Both the position numbers and the translations under genes were made by a program. Under the pieces are notes generated by a model. The model saw only the letters and a program-made list of their open reading frames with translations. It had not been told where the DNA came from and made no database searches. Below, piece after piece: positions 34,424 to 47,655 of a stretch of 64,000 nucleotides of DNA (position 1 is its first letter; each line of letters opens with the position of its first letter). The DNA comes from Eledone cirrhosa (Eukaryota): NCBI GenBank assembly GCA_964016885.1, contig CAXHJY010001116.1:12007-76006 (forward strand), read 5' to 3'.

Positions 34424-34600
34424 AAGTAAACAGAAATAACAACACAATCGGTACAGTATATGGAAGGAATATATTAGGTTGAAATAGCAGGAAGAAGGTC
34501 TTAACGTTTCAGACGCTAGTCCTTCATCAGAAGAAAGAATGAGGAATTAGAAAGATTGAAGGAACGGGTGTAATGCTCCTTTTGAGTCCTTGGGGTTGAG
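34424..34600 (-). mobile_element. Penelope-like terminal fragment
   Basis: GTAAACAGAAATAACAACACAATCGGTACAGTATATGGAAGG is shared with 17951-17992. Adjacent to (TA)n and contains a hammerhead core. Confidence 0.65.
34499..34534 (-). ncRNA. Putative minimal hammerhead ribozyme
   Basis: UCUU-CUGAUGA-A-GGAC UAGC GUCU-GAAACGUU|AAGA. Core, 4-bp stem I, 4-bp stem II and palindromic AACGUU at stem III. Confidence 0.6.
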
Positions 34601-35727
34601 ACTCATATATTCAATGATAAACTGTAGATGATATTTAAGACTAAATATTCCTGGCAATCCTAAATTCTCCAGTAAATATATTTAACAATATAGAAGTTTA
34701 TATAATTCTCAAGACTCCTCTCTTGTATCAAGATTGATATGTATCAAGATTGATACCATTTTAACTGGCTTCTATTAAACTTTACTTCATTCTTCATTAC
34801 TAATGAACGACAGAAATTCAGACTTTTTTCTATTATTTTGTAGACAAAACTTCGAATAAAGATTTTTATTTTATTTGAGATATTGCTAAATCTTATTCAG
34901 TTAATTTACCAAAATTTCTTATCAATATCAAACTGTTATGTTGTTTAAATGTGTATCGATCATTCATAACCTACAAACCAATCAACATCAGTTGTCTTCA
35001 ATCGATCGCATTACACAATCAGTCATCTCAACCAATAGTCGTTGTTATGTACACATCGAAAAGAACGATCGAATCCAATAAGATTTATTGCTCATGATGT
35101 GTCTTTTGAAAATGTTGACATAGTAGGATTAATTAGATATATAGATTATCGTTGACCGATAGAAACGATCCATTGATCTTGATGAACGAAACAGTTTTCG
35201 TCACAAGTTACTGTCCGAGATTCAGCTTGTAAATAAAGTTGGTAAAATAAACAAAAACAGGAACAAGTCTAAATTATATTTCTTGTGTTTGGAACTAGTA
35301 AATATGTTTCATTACATTCCACAGTGAATCCTTCACATAAACATGACAATTAATTAATCTCACTAATGTTTGCGTCTATCAGAAACATGAGCGGGCGTAC
35401 GGTGGGAGGGCCTTATATTGTACTTTGAGGGTATGAACTGTATGTTCAAAGTGTATTGATGTGAGTGGGTGTATTAATGTAATACATGATGAATCCCTCA
35501 CATAAACATGACAATTTTACATTAAATATTCAAGCGAACAATCACACTAATGTTTACGAGGGGGTCGAGATTTGTCATATCCTTCTTTAAGAAGACCCAA
35601 TATTATTATAAACGTTGAGTCGATTCAATTTAAAATAGTTCTGTACCTACGAAATCTTTACCAATTTGTCTTACAAATTCAAGTTACGAAACATGTGAAG
35701 CAGGAGAATATTAACAAGAATAATTCT

Positions 35728-36060
35728 ATTTATTTTTACAATTAATTAACTTTATTTTTACTAATAATTAAATGTTTATTTTTACTATTAATTAACGTTT
35801 ATTTTACTATTAATTAACTCTTTATTTTTACTATTAATTTACTGTTTATTAACTGCTTATTTTTACTAATAATTAATTTTTACTATTAAGTAACTGTTTA
35901 TTTTCCTATTAAATAACTGTTTGTTTTTACTATTAAGTAACTGCTTATTTTACTATTAATTAACTGTTTATTTTTACTAATAACAAACTGTTTATTTTTA
36001 TTATTAAGTGACTGTTTATTTTACTATTAATTAACTGTTTATTTTTACTATTTAGTTAAT
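35728..36060. repeat. Degenerate AT-rich ~24-bp tandem repeat
   Basis: TAACTGTTTATTTTTACTATTAAT-like unit repeated with variation. Confidence 0.8.
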
Positions 36061-36911
36061 GATAACTAATTAGTAAAGGCAGAACTGTGTTAGTCCATAA
36101 AATTAGGAAAAATCTCACTTGAAAATTTTTCGAAAATCTTCTAGAATTAAGAAAAACAGTGAAGAGTAGTAATAGTTTACTATTTGAATATATGTCCATT
36201 GATTCAAGTCAGCTAATCTCCGATATACATCTTATTTCTTCTCATTCAAAAGCATTTTAGATCGATGATATCTCTGATTAATAGCAGTTGCAATAAATGA
36301 AAACTACTCAACTGATTTATTCCTTTTTAATCTCCGTTGATCCCCAGCCTGGCCTCAAATGACACATTTCCCTGAAGAAGTTTTTGTGTTATATTTAAAT
36401 AAATAACTATGTAAACTCTAACAGTTCTCAGTTCTTCAAAAAACTTCAATTCTTATTAGTAAAGCAACCAATTCAATTTCTAATGACAACACAATATTTA
36501 CTTCATCGAACTGATAAAAAAATGTTCGTGAAATTGTCTGTTCCAATACCAATAGAAACCTCAGGTTTACATAACACAAATTTAACTTAGATTTCCTACA
36601 GAACCCTCAAGAGGTTTTACGATGTTAATATTTGAACACCTGAGCAATCATTCCCGTGTATAATTGACTTATATTTGACCAACGGTGAATTTCAATTGAA
36701 TTTATCGATCTCTATCAATATTATCATAGAGACTTTTTCTATACCTGATAAGAATATTGAACTGTGCAGATATTTAACGTGGTTATATATTTATATATTT
36801 CTTTATATATTTAGTAATCATAATTCCAAGCTATTTTTCTCATATTATATAGTGATGCCAGTGCCATTTAGAAAAGTCGTAAGTCAATGTGGAGCCCTTA
36901 CGGGTCCATTT

Positions 36912-36958
<47 letters not shown>

Positions 36959-37118
36959 GCATGCCAATATATATATGTTTGCATGCCAATATATATATGT
37001 TCGCATGCCATAGAAATATGTTCGCATGCCAACACAAGAGCAAGAATGAGGGGTTCATTCTACTGACATGGCTATAAAATTGAGGCTTGTTTGCATAATT
37101 GCAAACGAATCGAAAAAG

Positions 37119-37256
37119 TTACGGTCCTTGCCATTCTGAGTTCAAATCCCACCGAGGCTAACTTTGCCTTTCATCCTTACGGGGTCGATAAAATCAAGAA
37201 CCAGTAATGCACTGGGTAAGTGCTGGCCTTGTGCCAAAAGTAGAAACAATTATTAA
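37119..37256 (+). mobile_element. 5'-truncated SINE family A
   Basis: B box, core and tail are present. Confidence 0.85.
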
Positions 37257-37315
37257 TATTCGAAAAACTCAGATTACATTTATTGTATTCAGCCATGTAG
37301 AGCGAAATTTTCTTT

Positions 37316-37382
<67 letters not shown>

Positions 37383-37440
37383 TTATAAATATATATATAT
37401 ATATATTTATATTTATAAATATATATATATATATTTATAT

Positions 37441-37501
<61 letters not shown>

Positions 37502-37808
37502 GTGGCAGTATCATTAAGAAACCCTGTATGTCAATATGGAACTCCTACGATCTCTGAGGAATTACAGGTATTTAAATATAATGTTATTTTGCTTTTGTTT
37601 TTTATATGCTCGCCATGGTATGGAGCTCGATGCTGGCTGTCCGGCTACAAGCGAGCATATATATATATATATGTAATGAAAAGGCTTGCAGAAACTGGTT
37701 GGCGCCGTAAATGGGATTTTACCTATCTCTATACCCACTCTCCATCTCCCCATGCATTGAGTACTCGGATGATTAGTGGTCTCTCCTATCTCAGGCACCA
37801 CAGACACA

Positions 37809-37839
<31 letters not shown>

Positions 37840-38110
37840 CATATAACAAAGAGGGTGTGGTAAGATACCAGGAGGACCATAACGCACCGGAGTGTGCGTG
37901 TGTGTTGGGTTTAATCGAGGGTAACCACAGTAAGTAAGGTACTCAATACAAAGCAGAATATAAATGTGTATATATATATATATATATTGTTATACTTTGG
38001 GAGGGTCATGTTGCCAATAAGAAACACAATAAGAAACACACGCACCAGTTGCTTTACACACGTTTACACACGTTTTCAGATAAAGAATCTTGCTAAACAA
38101 ATTCTGAAAC

Positions 38111-38185
<75 letters not shown>

Positions 38186-38339
38186 ATAAAGGAAACAAAC
38201 AAAACACAGAAGGCAATTTTACACAGTTATATTAGGTTCACGCTTGGGGGGAAATGGGGGAGGTTTCAATATTTCAGACACCCAGAACAACATCTCATTA
38301 GTTCTCTATCTAGATAGATCTGAAGTCAAATAATCATAA

Positions 38340-38870
38340 TGCTTTCTTTATTAACCACAAGGGTTTACACAAGGTAGACATTAAGGACAGTACAGGACAA
38401 TACAGGACAATACAGGACGGTACAAATGGGCGTGTAAAAAAAAAAAAAAAAAAAAGAGGATGTAACAAAAAAAGGAACAATGAAAAATTCCTTAATAGGG
38501 GGGAGACTTCAATATTAACCATTAGAAGATCTATTGGTCCGTTAGAAAAGGCGGACCTTCCATAACAATGATTTTAAAATGTTTACTTTGTGTCTCTCGG
38601 TGTAATATAAAGTTCTGCACACTGTCGCACAGTGTCCGTATATTTCAAATGTGTGAGCTTGTGTGGAGCACCTGTAAGACATATCCAGCTATCAGCTGGG
38701 TCATTATTGAACATTTTAGTTGGGAAATGCGGCAAGTCTCCCTCTGTCTTGTGGCTATGGCGAAGGGAGCTGAATAATGGTGTACATGCTTGAAATGTTT
38801 GAAGACATGAATCTTTCTCTCCGGCCAGACTAACAATACTTAAAGGAGAATGTGGTGATAGAGAAGGAGA
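38340..38870 (-). mobile_element. Degenerate Tx1-like LINE 3' end
   Basis: TTTCTTTATTAACCACAAGGG terminus matches 19386-19407. The adjacent sequence resembles the zinc-knuckle region. Confidence 0.55.
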
Positions 38871-39207
38871 GAGGTTGTCTTTTAGTGTGTTTCATGGAAG
38901 ATGGATGAGAGAGGCGGCAACAGCAACACAACAACAACAACTAAAGCCAAAACTACAAATGAAACAACACAAAGGATTACCACTAGCTTCGGAAACCTCA
39001 ATGTAGTTTGATCCTCACCCTCAACCCTCACACTAATACAAGCGCACACACACACTCACACACTAATACAAGCACACACACACACTAATACAAGCGCACA
39101 CACACACACACACTAATACAAGCCCACACAACCACCAAATAACCTCCATCGTATTCCTTCTCCTCGAACGAGGAGGTGGAAAGAACAAACCATTGCCATG
39201 GAAAGCA

Positions 39208-39523
39208 AGTAGTAGTAGTGGCGGTAATGGTGGTAGTAGTAGTAGTAGTAGTGGCGGTGGTGGTGGTAGTAGTAGTAGTGGCGGTAGTAGTAGTAGTGGC
39301 GGTAGTGGTAGTAGTAATAGTAGTAGTAGTAGTCGTAGTAGTAGTAGTGGCGGTGGTGGTGGTAGTAGTAGTGGTGGTAGTGGTAGTGGTGGTAGTGGTA
39401 GTAGTAGTAGTGGTAGTGGTGGTAGTAGTAGTAGTAGTGGCGGTGGTAGTAGTAGTAGTAGCAGTAGTAGTAGTGGCGGTAGTAGTAGTAGTAGTAGTAG
39501 TAGTAGCGGTAGTAGTAGTAGCG
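39208..39523. repeat. (AGT/GGT)n trinucleotide microsatellite
   Basis: Compound GTA/GTG/GGC triplet run. Confidence 0.95.
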
Positions 39524-39631
39524 GCATCAGCATCTTCCAGTTTAATTTGACATCGTTCAGTATGATAACGATTAGATCAACAAAAGTATTATATTTATTG
39601 AATGAATCTTTACACATAACACCTACATTGG

Positions 39632-41468
39632 CATGGACAGACAGACAGACATGGAGAGACAGACATGGAGAGACAGACAGACATGGAGAGACAGACAGAC
39701 ATGGAGAGACAGACAGACATGGAGAGACAGACATGGAGAGACAGACAGACATGGAGAGACAGACAGACATGGAGAGACAGACAGACATGGAGAGACAGAC
39801 AGACATGGAGAGACAGACAGACATGGAGAGACAGACAGACAGACAGACATGGAGAGACAGACAGACATGGACAGACAGACAGACATGGAGAGACAGACAG
39901 ACATGGAGAGACAGACAGACATGGAGAGACAGACATGGAGAGACAGACAGACATGGAGAGACAGACAGACATGGAGAGACAGACAGACATGGAGAGACAG
40001 ACAGACATGGAGAGACAGACAGACATGGAGAGACAGACAGACATGGAGAGACAGACAGACATGGAGAGACAGACAGACAGACATGGAGAGACAGACATGG
40101 AGAGACAGACAGACATGGACAGACAGACAGACATGGAGAGACAGACAGACATGGAGAGACAGACAGACATGGAGAGACAGACAGACAGACATGGAGAGAC
40201 AGACAGACATGGAGAGACAGACAGACATGGAGAGACAGACAGACATGGAGAGACAGACAGACATGGAGAGACAGACAGACATGGAGAGACAGACAGACAT
40301 GGAGAGACAGACAGACATGGAGAGACAGACAGACAGACATGGAGAGACAGACATGGAGAGACAGACAGACATGGACAGACAGACAGACATGGAGAGACAG
40401 ACAGACATGGAGAGACAGACAGACATGGAGAGACAGACAGACATGGACAGACAGACAGACATGGAGAGACAGACAGACAGACATGGAGAGACAGACATGG
40501 AGAGACAGACAGACATGGACAGACAGACAGACATGGAGAGACAGACAGACATGGAGAGACAGACAGACATGGAGAGACAGACAGACAGACATGGAGAGAC
40601 AGACAGACATGGAGAGACAGACAGACATGGAGAGACAGACAGACATGGAGAGACAGACAGACATGGAGAGACAGACAGACATGGAGAGACAGACAGACAT
40701 GGAGAGACAGACAGACATGGAGAGACAGACAGACATGGAGAGACAGACAGACAGACATGGAGAGACAGACATGGAGAGACAGACAGACATGGACAGACAG
40801 ACAGACATGGAGAGACAGACAGACATGGAGAGACAGACAGACATGGAGAGACAGACAGACATGGACAGACAGACAGACATGGAGAGACAGACAGACAGAC
40901 ATGGAGAGACAGACATGGAGAGACAGACAGACATGGACAGACAGACAGACATGGAGAGACAGACAGACATGGAGAGACAGACAGACATGGAGAGACAGAC
41001 AGACATGGAGAGACAGACAGACAGACATGGAGAGACAGACATGGAGAGACAGACAGACATGGACAGACAGACAGACATGGAGAGACAGACAGACATGGAG
41101 AGACAGACAGACATGGAGAGACAGACAGACATGGACAGACAGACAGACATGGAGAGACAGACAGACAGACATGGAGAGACAGACATGGAGAGACAGACAG
41201 ACATGGACAGACAGACAGACATGGAGAGACAGACAGACAGACATGGAGAGACAGACAGACAGACATGGAGAGACAGACAGACAGACATGGAGAGACAGAC
41301 AGACAGACATGGAGAGACAGACAGACAGACATGGAGAGACAGACAGACAGACATGGAGAGACAGACAGACAGACATGGAGAGACAGACAGACATGGAGAG
41401 ACAGACAGACAGACATGGAGAGACAGACAGACAGACATGGAGAGACAGACAGACAGACATGGAGAGAT
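39632..41468. repeat. Compound satellite ATGGA(G/C)AGAC(AGAC)1-3, 14/18/22-bp units, ~1.8 kb
   Basis: Direct reading. It produces the stop-free [18 protein letters not shown] ORFs in all six frames. Confidence 0.97.
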
Positions 41469-41595
41469 ACACAGACTGACATTCACTCAGAAACACATTT
41501 ATATCATTGAGAGAAACATGCGAGCGCACAGTTAAACACTCACACAAACACACAGATATTCACAATTAACTTTTCGGCCATAATTTTATATTATC

Positions 41596-41781
41596 GGTGG
41601 ATTGGCAGTATCGGTAGAGGGTCGGACGCCATGCTTTGCAGCATAGTTACGTCCCTTTACGGTCTGAGTTCAAATCCCGCCGAGGTTGACTTTGCCTTTC
41701 ATCCTTACGGGGGTCGATAAAATAAAGTACCAGTAATACACTGGGTAATTGCTGGCCTTGTGCCTAAAGTAGAAACAATTA
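41596..41781 (+). mobile_element. SINE family A
   Basis: Full head, core and tail. Confidence 0.88.
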
Positions 41782-41878
41782 TATATATAATGTATATATA
41801 CCAAAGTTCAAACGGATACTTCTAAAGTCAAAAGGGAAGAAGAAGAAATCTTTTTTGATTTTATTCCATCTTTCAGGT

Positions 41879-42100
41879 AAGAAGAAGAAGAAAGCAAAGA
41901 AGAAGAAGAAGAAGAAGAAGAATGCAAAAGAAAAGAAGAAAAAGGAGAAAAAGAAGAATGCAAAGGAAATGAAGAAGAAGGCAAAGAAGAAGAAGAAAAA
42001 GGCGAAGAAGAAGAAGGCGAAGAAGAAGAAGAAGAAGGCGAAGAAGGCGAAGAAGAAGAAGAAGAAGAAGAAGAAAAAGGCAAACAAGAAGGAGAAGAAG
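41879..42100. repeat. (AAG)n-rich microsatellite
   Basis: GAA/AAG triplets with GCG/GCA interruptions. Confidence 0.92.
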
Positions 42101-42543
42101 ATTATTATTTGGGGAATTCGGGGTTGGTGGGGGGGGGGTATACCTTCGATTGATTTTATGTATTTCTGGTTTGTTTTACTTTGTTTTTTCAAAATGCCAA
42201 ATCACATAAACGGAATCTCTAAGAGAACAAGCTGACACCAAGTTAAAAATTCCGGTGCCCTGTTATCATTTGCCTGTGATGTATTGAACCAACAAAGAAC
42301 TAGTAATCTTTGAACAGTTTCAATCAAACTGTATATCTTTGTAGTAACTAAAACTCAGCTCTGTCTTTTGCATGTTTTGTTTGTTATTCTTCTTTTTTCT
42401 ACTTTCACTTTCGGTTTGATTTGAAATACATATGGCGTTAAGGTTGGCCTTTTCAACTTTTCTTATCTCCCTTGTAGACACCTTTGGTTGGTGTTCGATC
42501 CTCTCATTTCAAGAGCAGCTACCCCATAGCTTTTATTTTACTT

Positions 42544-42591
<48 letters not shown>

Positions 42592-42964
42592 TCAGGATTT
42601 CAGCAGTTTTAAACTAGTAAGATCATTATTCAGCAGAGAATTCGATACTTGGGATAGTAGAGTATGAACCAGAAGTAGTTGTTTAGTTCACATATTGAGA
42701 CCCCAACCTATCCTATTTATTTTTTAACGTATGGGATTTCTAGTAATATACTTTTTTTGTCATGTATAATGTTTTTTAATACATAAAGAAAATTAATTGT
42801 CGCAGGAATGCAACTACTTAAAATAAAATTTCGACGGAGTTAGTTTAACAAAATTTAATAAGCGCGAGAGAGGGAGGAATAAGAGCGGAGGTGGGAGGAT
42901 ATGAAAAATTTATAAGTGAAGGGGGAGGGGCGATTATTTGAGACTCGAAAGTACAAAGAAAGTG

Positions 42965-43080
42965 TAGTAAGAAACCAGCTGGACCACCAGAGTACTCGAT
43001 ACTTAGGGTAGTAGAGTGGGTAATAGGAAAAGAGTCAGGACCCCAACGGCTGAGCTCCGGCCGTTTTGGCAGCTAGATCC
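42965..43080 (-). mobile_element. Third copy of the 12661/15174 family, without fold-back
   Basis: GAGTACTCGATACTTAGGGTAGTAGAGTGGGTAATAGGAA...GGACCCCAACGGCTGAGCTCCGGCCGTTTT. Confidence 0.7.
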
Positions 43081-43537
43081 GAACTAACCCGAAAGTAGTT
43101 ATATGGTTAAATCCCATACAAACACTAACAAGAAATGTTAAAGTTATTGGAGAAATTCTCATCTATTGAAGAGAAGAAAAAAATGGTGAAAACATTATAT
43201 ACTTTTCTTAGATGTTTGCAACTAACACAAAATTATAATAGTCATATCAAAGTGTAAATAGTATAAGATGATTCTCATCCTGAATTGTCAACAAATATTC
43301 ATCGTTGTAAAAAATATGACGCATCAAATTGAAGGAAAAATGAAGAAATAGCGATGAAGATAACAACAAAAACACTTGTGTTCTAGTTCAATCATTGTTG
43401 TATACTGCTGTGATGCGTGATATACAGCACGGTACTCTGTTGTCAGACACTAATAAATATAAACATCAACATCAACATTGATTTCAACTAAAATTCTTGG
43501 AAAATTTTGGTATTTCAATTTTATTTTAATCTGTACA

Positions 43538-43950
43538 ATAATTGTTTCTACTTTTGGCACAAGGCCAGCAATTACCCCAGTGCATTACTGGTACTTTATT
43601 TTATCGACCCCCGTAAGGATGAAAGGCAAAGTTAACTTCGGTGGGATTTGAACTCAGACCGTAAAGGGACGTAACTATGGTGGAAAGCATGGCGTCCGAC
43701 TCTCTACCGATACTGCCAATCCACCGCCCTGATCTGTATAATAATGGTTTCTGATTTAGGCACAAGGCCAGCAATTTTGGGGTAAAAGTCGATTAAATTA
43801 CCTGCTGTGTGTTACTGGTACTTTATTTTATCAACTCCGTACGGATGAAAGGAAAAGCTAACCTCGGCGAGATTTAAACTCAGAATGTAAAGGGCTGTAA
43901 CTCTGCTGCGAAGCATGGTGTCCGACGCACTACCGATACTGCCAATCCAT
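43538..43950 (-). mobile_element. Two SINE A copies, one inserted at the tail of the other
   Basis: ATCTGTA(C/T)AATAAT flanks the left copy (~43529 and 43732). Confidence 0.85.
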
Positions 43951-43965
43951 ATAATAATACATAGT

Positions 43966-44303
43966 CATCATCATCATCATCATCATTTTACATCCGCTTT
44001 TTCCCTGCTTGCAAGGGTGGGACAGGAACTGATTCTGGCTTGATTTCTACAGCTGGATGCCCTTCCTAACACCAACCTCATTTACAGTGAGTGCTGGGTG
44101 CTTTTTTGCCGTGGCACCTCCACGACCACTTTGCAGTGGAATGATAGGGACCCCAGTCCCTATCATCTCATTTCTACAGCTGAGTAAACTGGAGCAATGT
44201 GAAATAAAGTGTCTTACTCAAGGAAACAACACATCACCCAGTCTGAGAATTGAACTCACAATCTTTCGATTGCAAGGCCAATGCTCTAACCACTAAGCCA
44301 TGT
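43966..44303 (-). mobile_element. SINE family B
   Basis: Near-identical reverse complement of 23779-24122. Confidence 0.9.
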
Positions 44304-44909
44304 ATAAAATATAACTACTCAAATCCTTAAAAAGGGTTGAAGTTTACAATGGCAGATAAGGAGGATAAGGGGAACCCCAGCAACCCCTAAAACCAAAAGC
44401 TGTTAAAAAGGCAGATGAACTCCTCAAAGTCAACGGCCACCCACCCCAAGTATGGATTAAATAGCCTCACCAATCCACAATTGGCCAAGCATGGTGAGTA
44501 CAGCTACACCCCTGACATGACAAATATTAAACAGAAAGTGGTGGTGGTGGTTAACCAGAGAGAGAGGTTCTTCCAAAAGAAGTGAGAATGTCCCCTGGAT
44601 TGGATTGAAGTATTTTCTATTGTAATTCATAGAAAGGTATAAGGTAGGATTGTATATACAACTTCAACTTGATTAAACCTAAATTTCTGCATATTATCAA
44701 CACTATTGATCTAGCTAATGACATAATCAATATAATTTCACTGATGGCCTTCTCAACCATTTAGAATTTAAACTGACCATGATTTAAACTGGCCATAAAC
44801 TATAGCTTAGGGCCCCCACCAAAGGTGAGTGGCCCTAAGCTATTTGTAATGAGAGGTACAGGATTATTTTTAAGATACTGATGTTAAGACATCTTTACAT
44901 TACTGTTAA

Positions 44910-45116
44910 CCCTTTAGCATTTAGACTGGCTATATCCAGCTAGAATTCTCTCACTTCTTTCTGTTCAAATCGGCTGTAATCAGCCACTCATACTGATGTT
45001 AAGGTATTGTTCACAAAATAGATAATATCAAAATCTTATAGATTCGATATTATGTGAGATAATGCCTTACCGTGAAAATACACTAGTATATATAGAGTAA
45101 TGTAATTGCTAAAGGG
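44910..45116. mobile_element. piggyBac-type MITE, 207 bp
   Basis: TTAA|CCCTTTAGCATTTA ... TAATTGCTAAAGGG|TTAA. Partial copies at 45563-45730, 57744-57893 and 44755-44795. Confidence 0.8.
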
Positions 45117-45341
45117 TTAATGTTGCTGTTCATATTACTTAGAATCTTGTTACTAACTAATTCTATTCCAGATATATCTGGGTAAATACATACATCTTTA
45201 TTCACAGTTGTATAAATAACATTACAAATTGCTCACAATTCTTTCAGAAGTTTTAAATATATACATAAATAACATTACAAATTGCTCACGACACAATTCT
45301 TTTAGAATGAAAATATAAACACAAATATAAATACATATAAT

Positions 45342-45454
45342 TGTTTCTACTTTTGGCACAAGGCCAGCAATTATCCCAGTGTATTACTGGTACTTGATTT
45401 TTTTATCGACCCCGTAAGGATGATAAAAATATAAAGTACCAGTAATACACTGGG
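45342..45454. mobile_element. SINE A 3' half with inverted duplication and 19-bp TSD
   Basis: CCCAGTGTATTACTGGTACTT (45376) and its reverse complement (45434-45454). AAATATAAATACATATAAT occurs at 45323 and 45455. Confidence 0.8.
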
Positions 45455-46208
45455 AAATATAAATACATATAATAAATACAAATAACTATTGCTAGGAACC
45501 TCACAAATACAACACACCAAAATATATGACAAGCATGAGAGAAAGAAAAAAAGGGGAAAAGGGCAGAATTTGCTCACCTCTTTCTGTTCAAACTGGCCAT
45601 AACTAGCCACTCATATTGATGTTAAGTTATTGCTGTCAAAATAAATAATATCAAAATCTCATGGATTTGATATTATGTGAGATAATACAAAATACAAAAG
45701 TATATCTAGAGTAATGTAAATGCTAAAGGGTCACGGCTAAATACAAATTCTTTTTCCTAGTGTTTCTTAATCATTATAAACGCTTGACGTTTAGCTAAGA
45801 TTCCCAGTCTATTATCTCATTTCATGTTTTCTACACCATGTTTCGCTTCTTTATAGTATTACAGATATTAGCGTTTATTTCTATGTAGTTTTAAGTAATG
45901 TTATTTGGTATAGAGATTTGTGTAATGTCTTATCTATTTCATAGGGTTTCTCGTTTTGTCTTAAGAAATCAGTGTTTTATGGGATTTCTGTTAAACCTTG
46001 TGTGTATCAGTATAGATATTAGTAAGTGTAGTTACATCTAACTGATATTAGTCTTGTCTTTATAATATATCAAGTAACAGGACAATGGTGCCTCAATATT
46101 TCTTAATTAGCTTTCCTATCATATGACTTTATATCAGACTTTGCCCTCATCATATTATTATTGAACATTGCCCTTCTTTTAGCAATATTCATACATTACT
46201 CTTCAAAT

Positions 46209-46240
<32 letters not shown>

Positions 46241-46461
46241 GAGAGAGAGACAGAGATACACGGAGAGGGGAGGGGAGAAAGAGGAGGGGGAGAGAGCCTG
46301 CGGTGCTGAGACTGAGGAGACCACTAATCATGGGAGTACTCAATGCACAGGGAGATGCAAAATGGGTATAGAGATATGTGTTGTATATAATAAGTACAGA
46401 TTAAAGTTTAAGCAAAGAATTTCTGCTTTCACCCGATAAATATTTGCTCCACAGGTATATA

Positions 46462-46621
46462 CGAGGTGTGTCAGAAAAGTTCCAGGACTAATGTCACAAA
46501 AGTTACACACAGTTACATACTCCAGTGGGATTACTTTGAAGGAGAAAACTCTTTATGTGAAGTTTTGGTTTGAAATAAATCTTTTGTGACATCACTCCTG
46601 GAACTTTTCTGACACACCTCG
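46462..46621. mobile_element. Mariner-type MITE, 160 bp
   Basis: Perfect 26-bp TIRs CGAGGTGTGTCAGAAAAGTTCCAGGA with TA on both sides. Confidence 0.88.
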
Positions 46622-46984
46622 TATATATACTTAATTAAGAGTCAAATTGGTGTGGAAAATCGTGTATGGATTAAATATGTTACTGCTTAGAAGTGTGTGT
46701 GTGTGTGTATGTGGGTGTCATCATCTTCATCATTTAACATCAGCTTTACCTGCTAGCAAAGGTAGGACATCTGTACCTAACAGAAGCCACTCACCTTTCA
46801 CATAAGCCAGGGATTTCATACATTTCTGCACTTTACAGAGTGCAACAGAACAGGTCACATTCCTATTTCAATATATCCGAGTGTGTATGTGTGTGTATGT
46901 GTGTCTATGTGTGTGTGTGTGTGTCTATGTGTGTGTCTATGTGTGTGTGTGATCCTGAAATATATGGCATACTGATCCTGGATT

Positions 46985-47655
46985 TCTTCTTCTTTGCCCA
47001 CTTATTCCTGAGGGGGTCGTGGGGGAAGAGTCCTCAAACACACCTTCCAGTGGGTCCTATCAGAAGCAACTGTCTCCAACTGATCCGGCTGGATCCCCAA
47101 GCGAGACCAGCCAAGCTCATGGATGTTATCCAACCATCTTGCTCGGGGTCTACTGTTGTGTCTCCTGCCGGTCGGTTTTGCCTGTAAAATCTGTCCAACG
47201 ATTCTTACCTGAGATATTTTAACTACATGCCCATAGTATCAGAGCTGCGATCTCTCAATTCAGAGAAGTAGCAGCTCTACCTGAAGTAACTCTCTGATAT
47301 CCAAGCTATGCATTCTATCGAGTAATGTTACGCCAAAGACCCTTTGGAGGAACCCCATTTCGGCTGCTTGAATTTGCGATCATATTCTTTCAGTCATTAC
47401 CCAAGATTCATTGCCATAGGTAAGGGCTGGCACAAATACCGAACTGACAATAGCGAGTTTGGCTTTTACACCTACTTCTCTTCTTCTGATTACTGAATGC
47501 TGAAGCTGGTGCATTAGTGTACCAGCTACTACATTTCTTGCACTTAATTTAGCCTCCTTCATTCTATCACTCATGAACACAGCCTCTAGATACTTAAATT
47601 TCTCGACCTACTTCAGTGGAACTCCATTTACATGTAGAGTGCACTGCACAGGCTT
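46985..47655 (-). mobile_element. RTE-clade LINE 3' fragment
   Basis: Minus strand: EKFKYL, SVFVPALTYGNESWVMTERI, IQAAEMGFLQR and YYGHV. Ends in an AAGAAGAA tail. Confidence 0.82.

Noticed and set aside
39063-41553. 600-800 aa ORFs in all six frames (Ser/Gly-rich, MERQTD repeats)
   Set aside because: They are translations of AGT/GGT and GACA-based satellites that lack stop codons, with no unique domain or splice context.
41779-42235. Poly-Lys/Ala ORF resembling histone H1 or a protamine-like protein
   Set aside because: It is an (AAG)n microsatellite with no globular domain and a non-ATG start.
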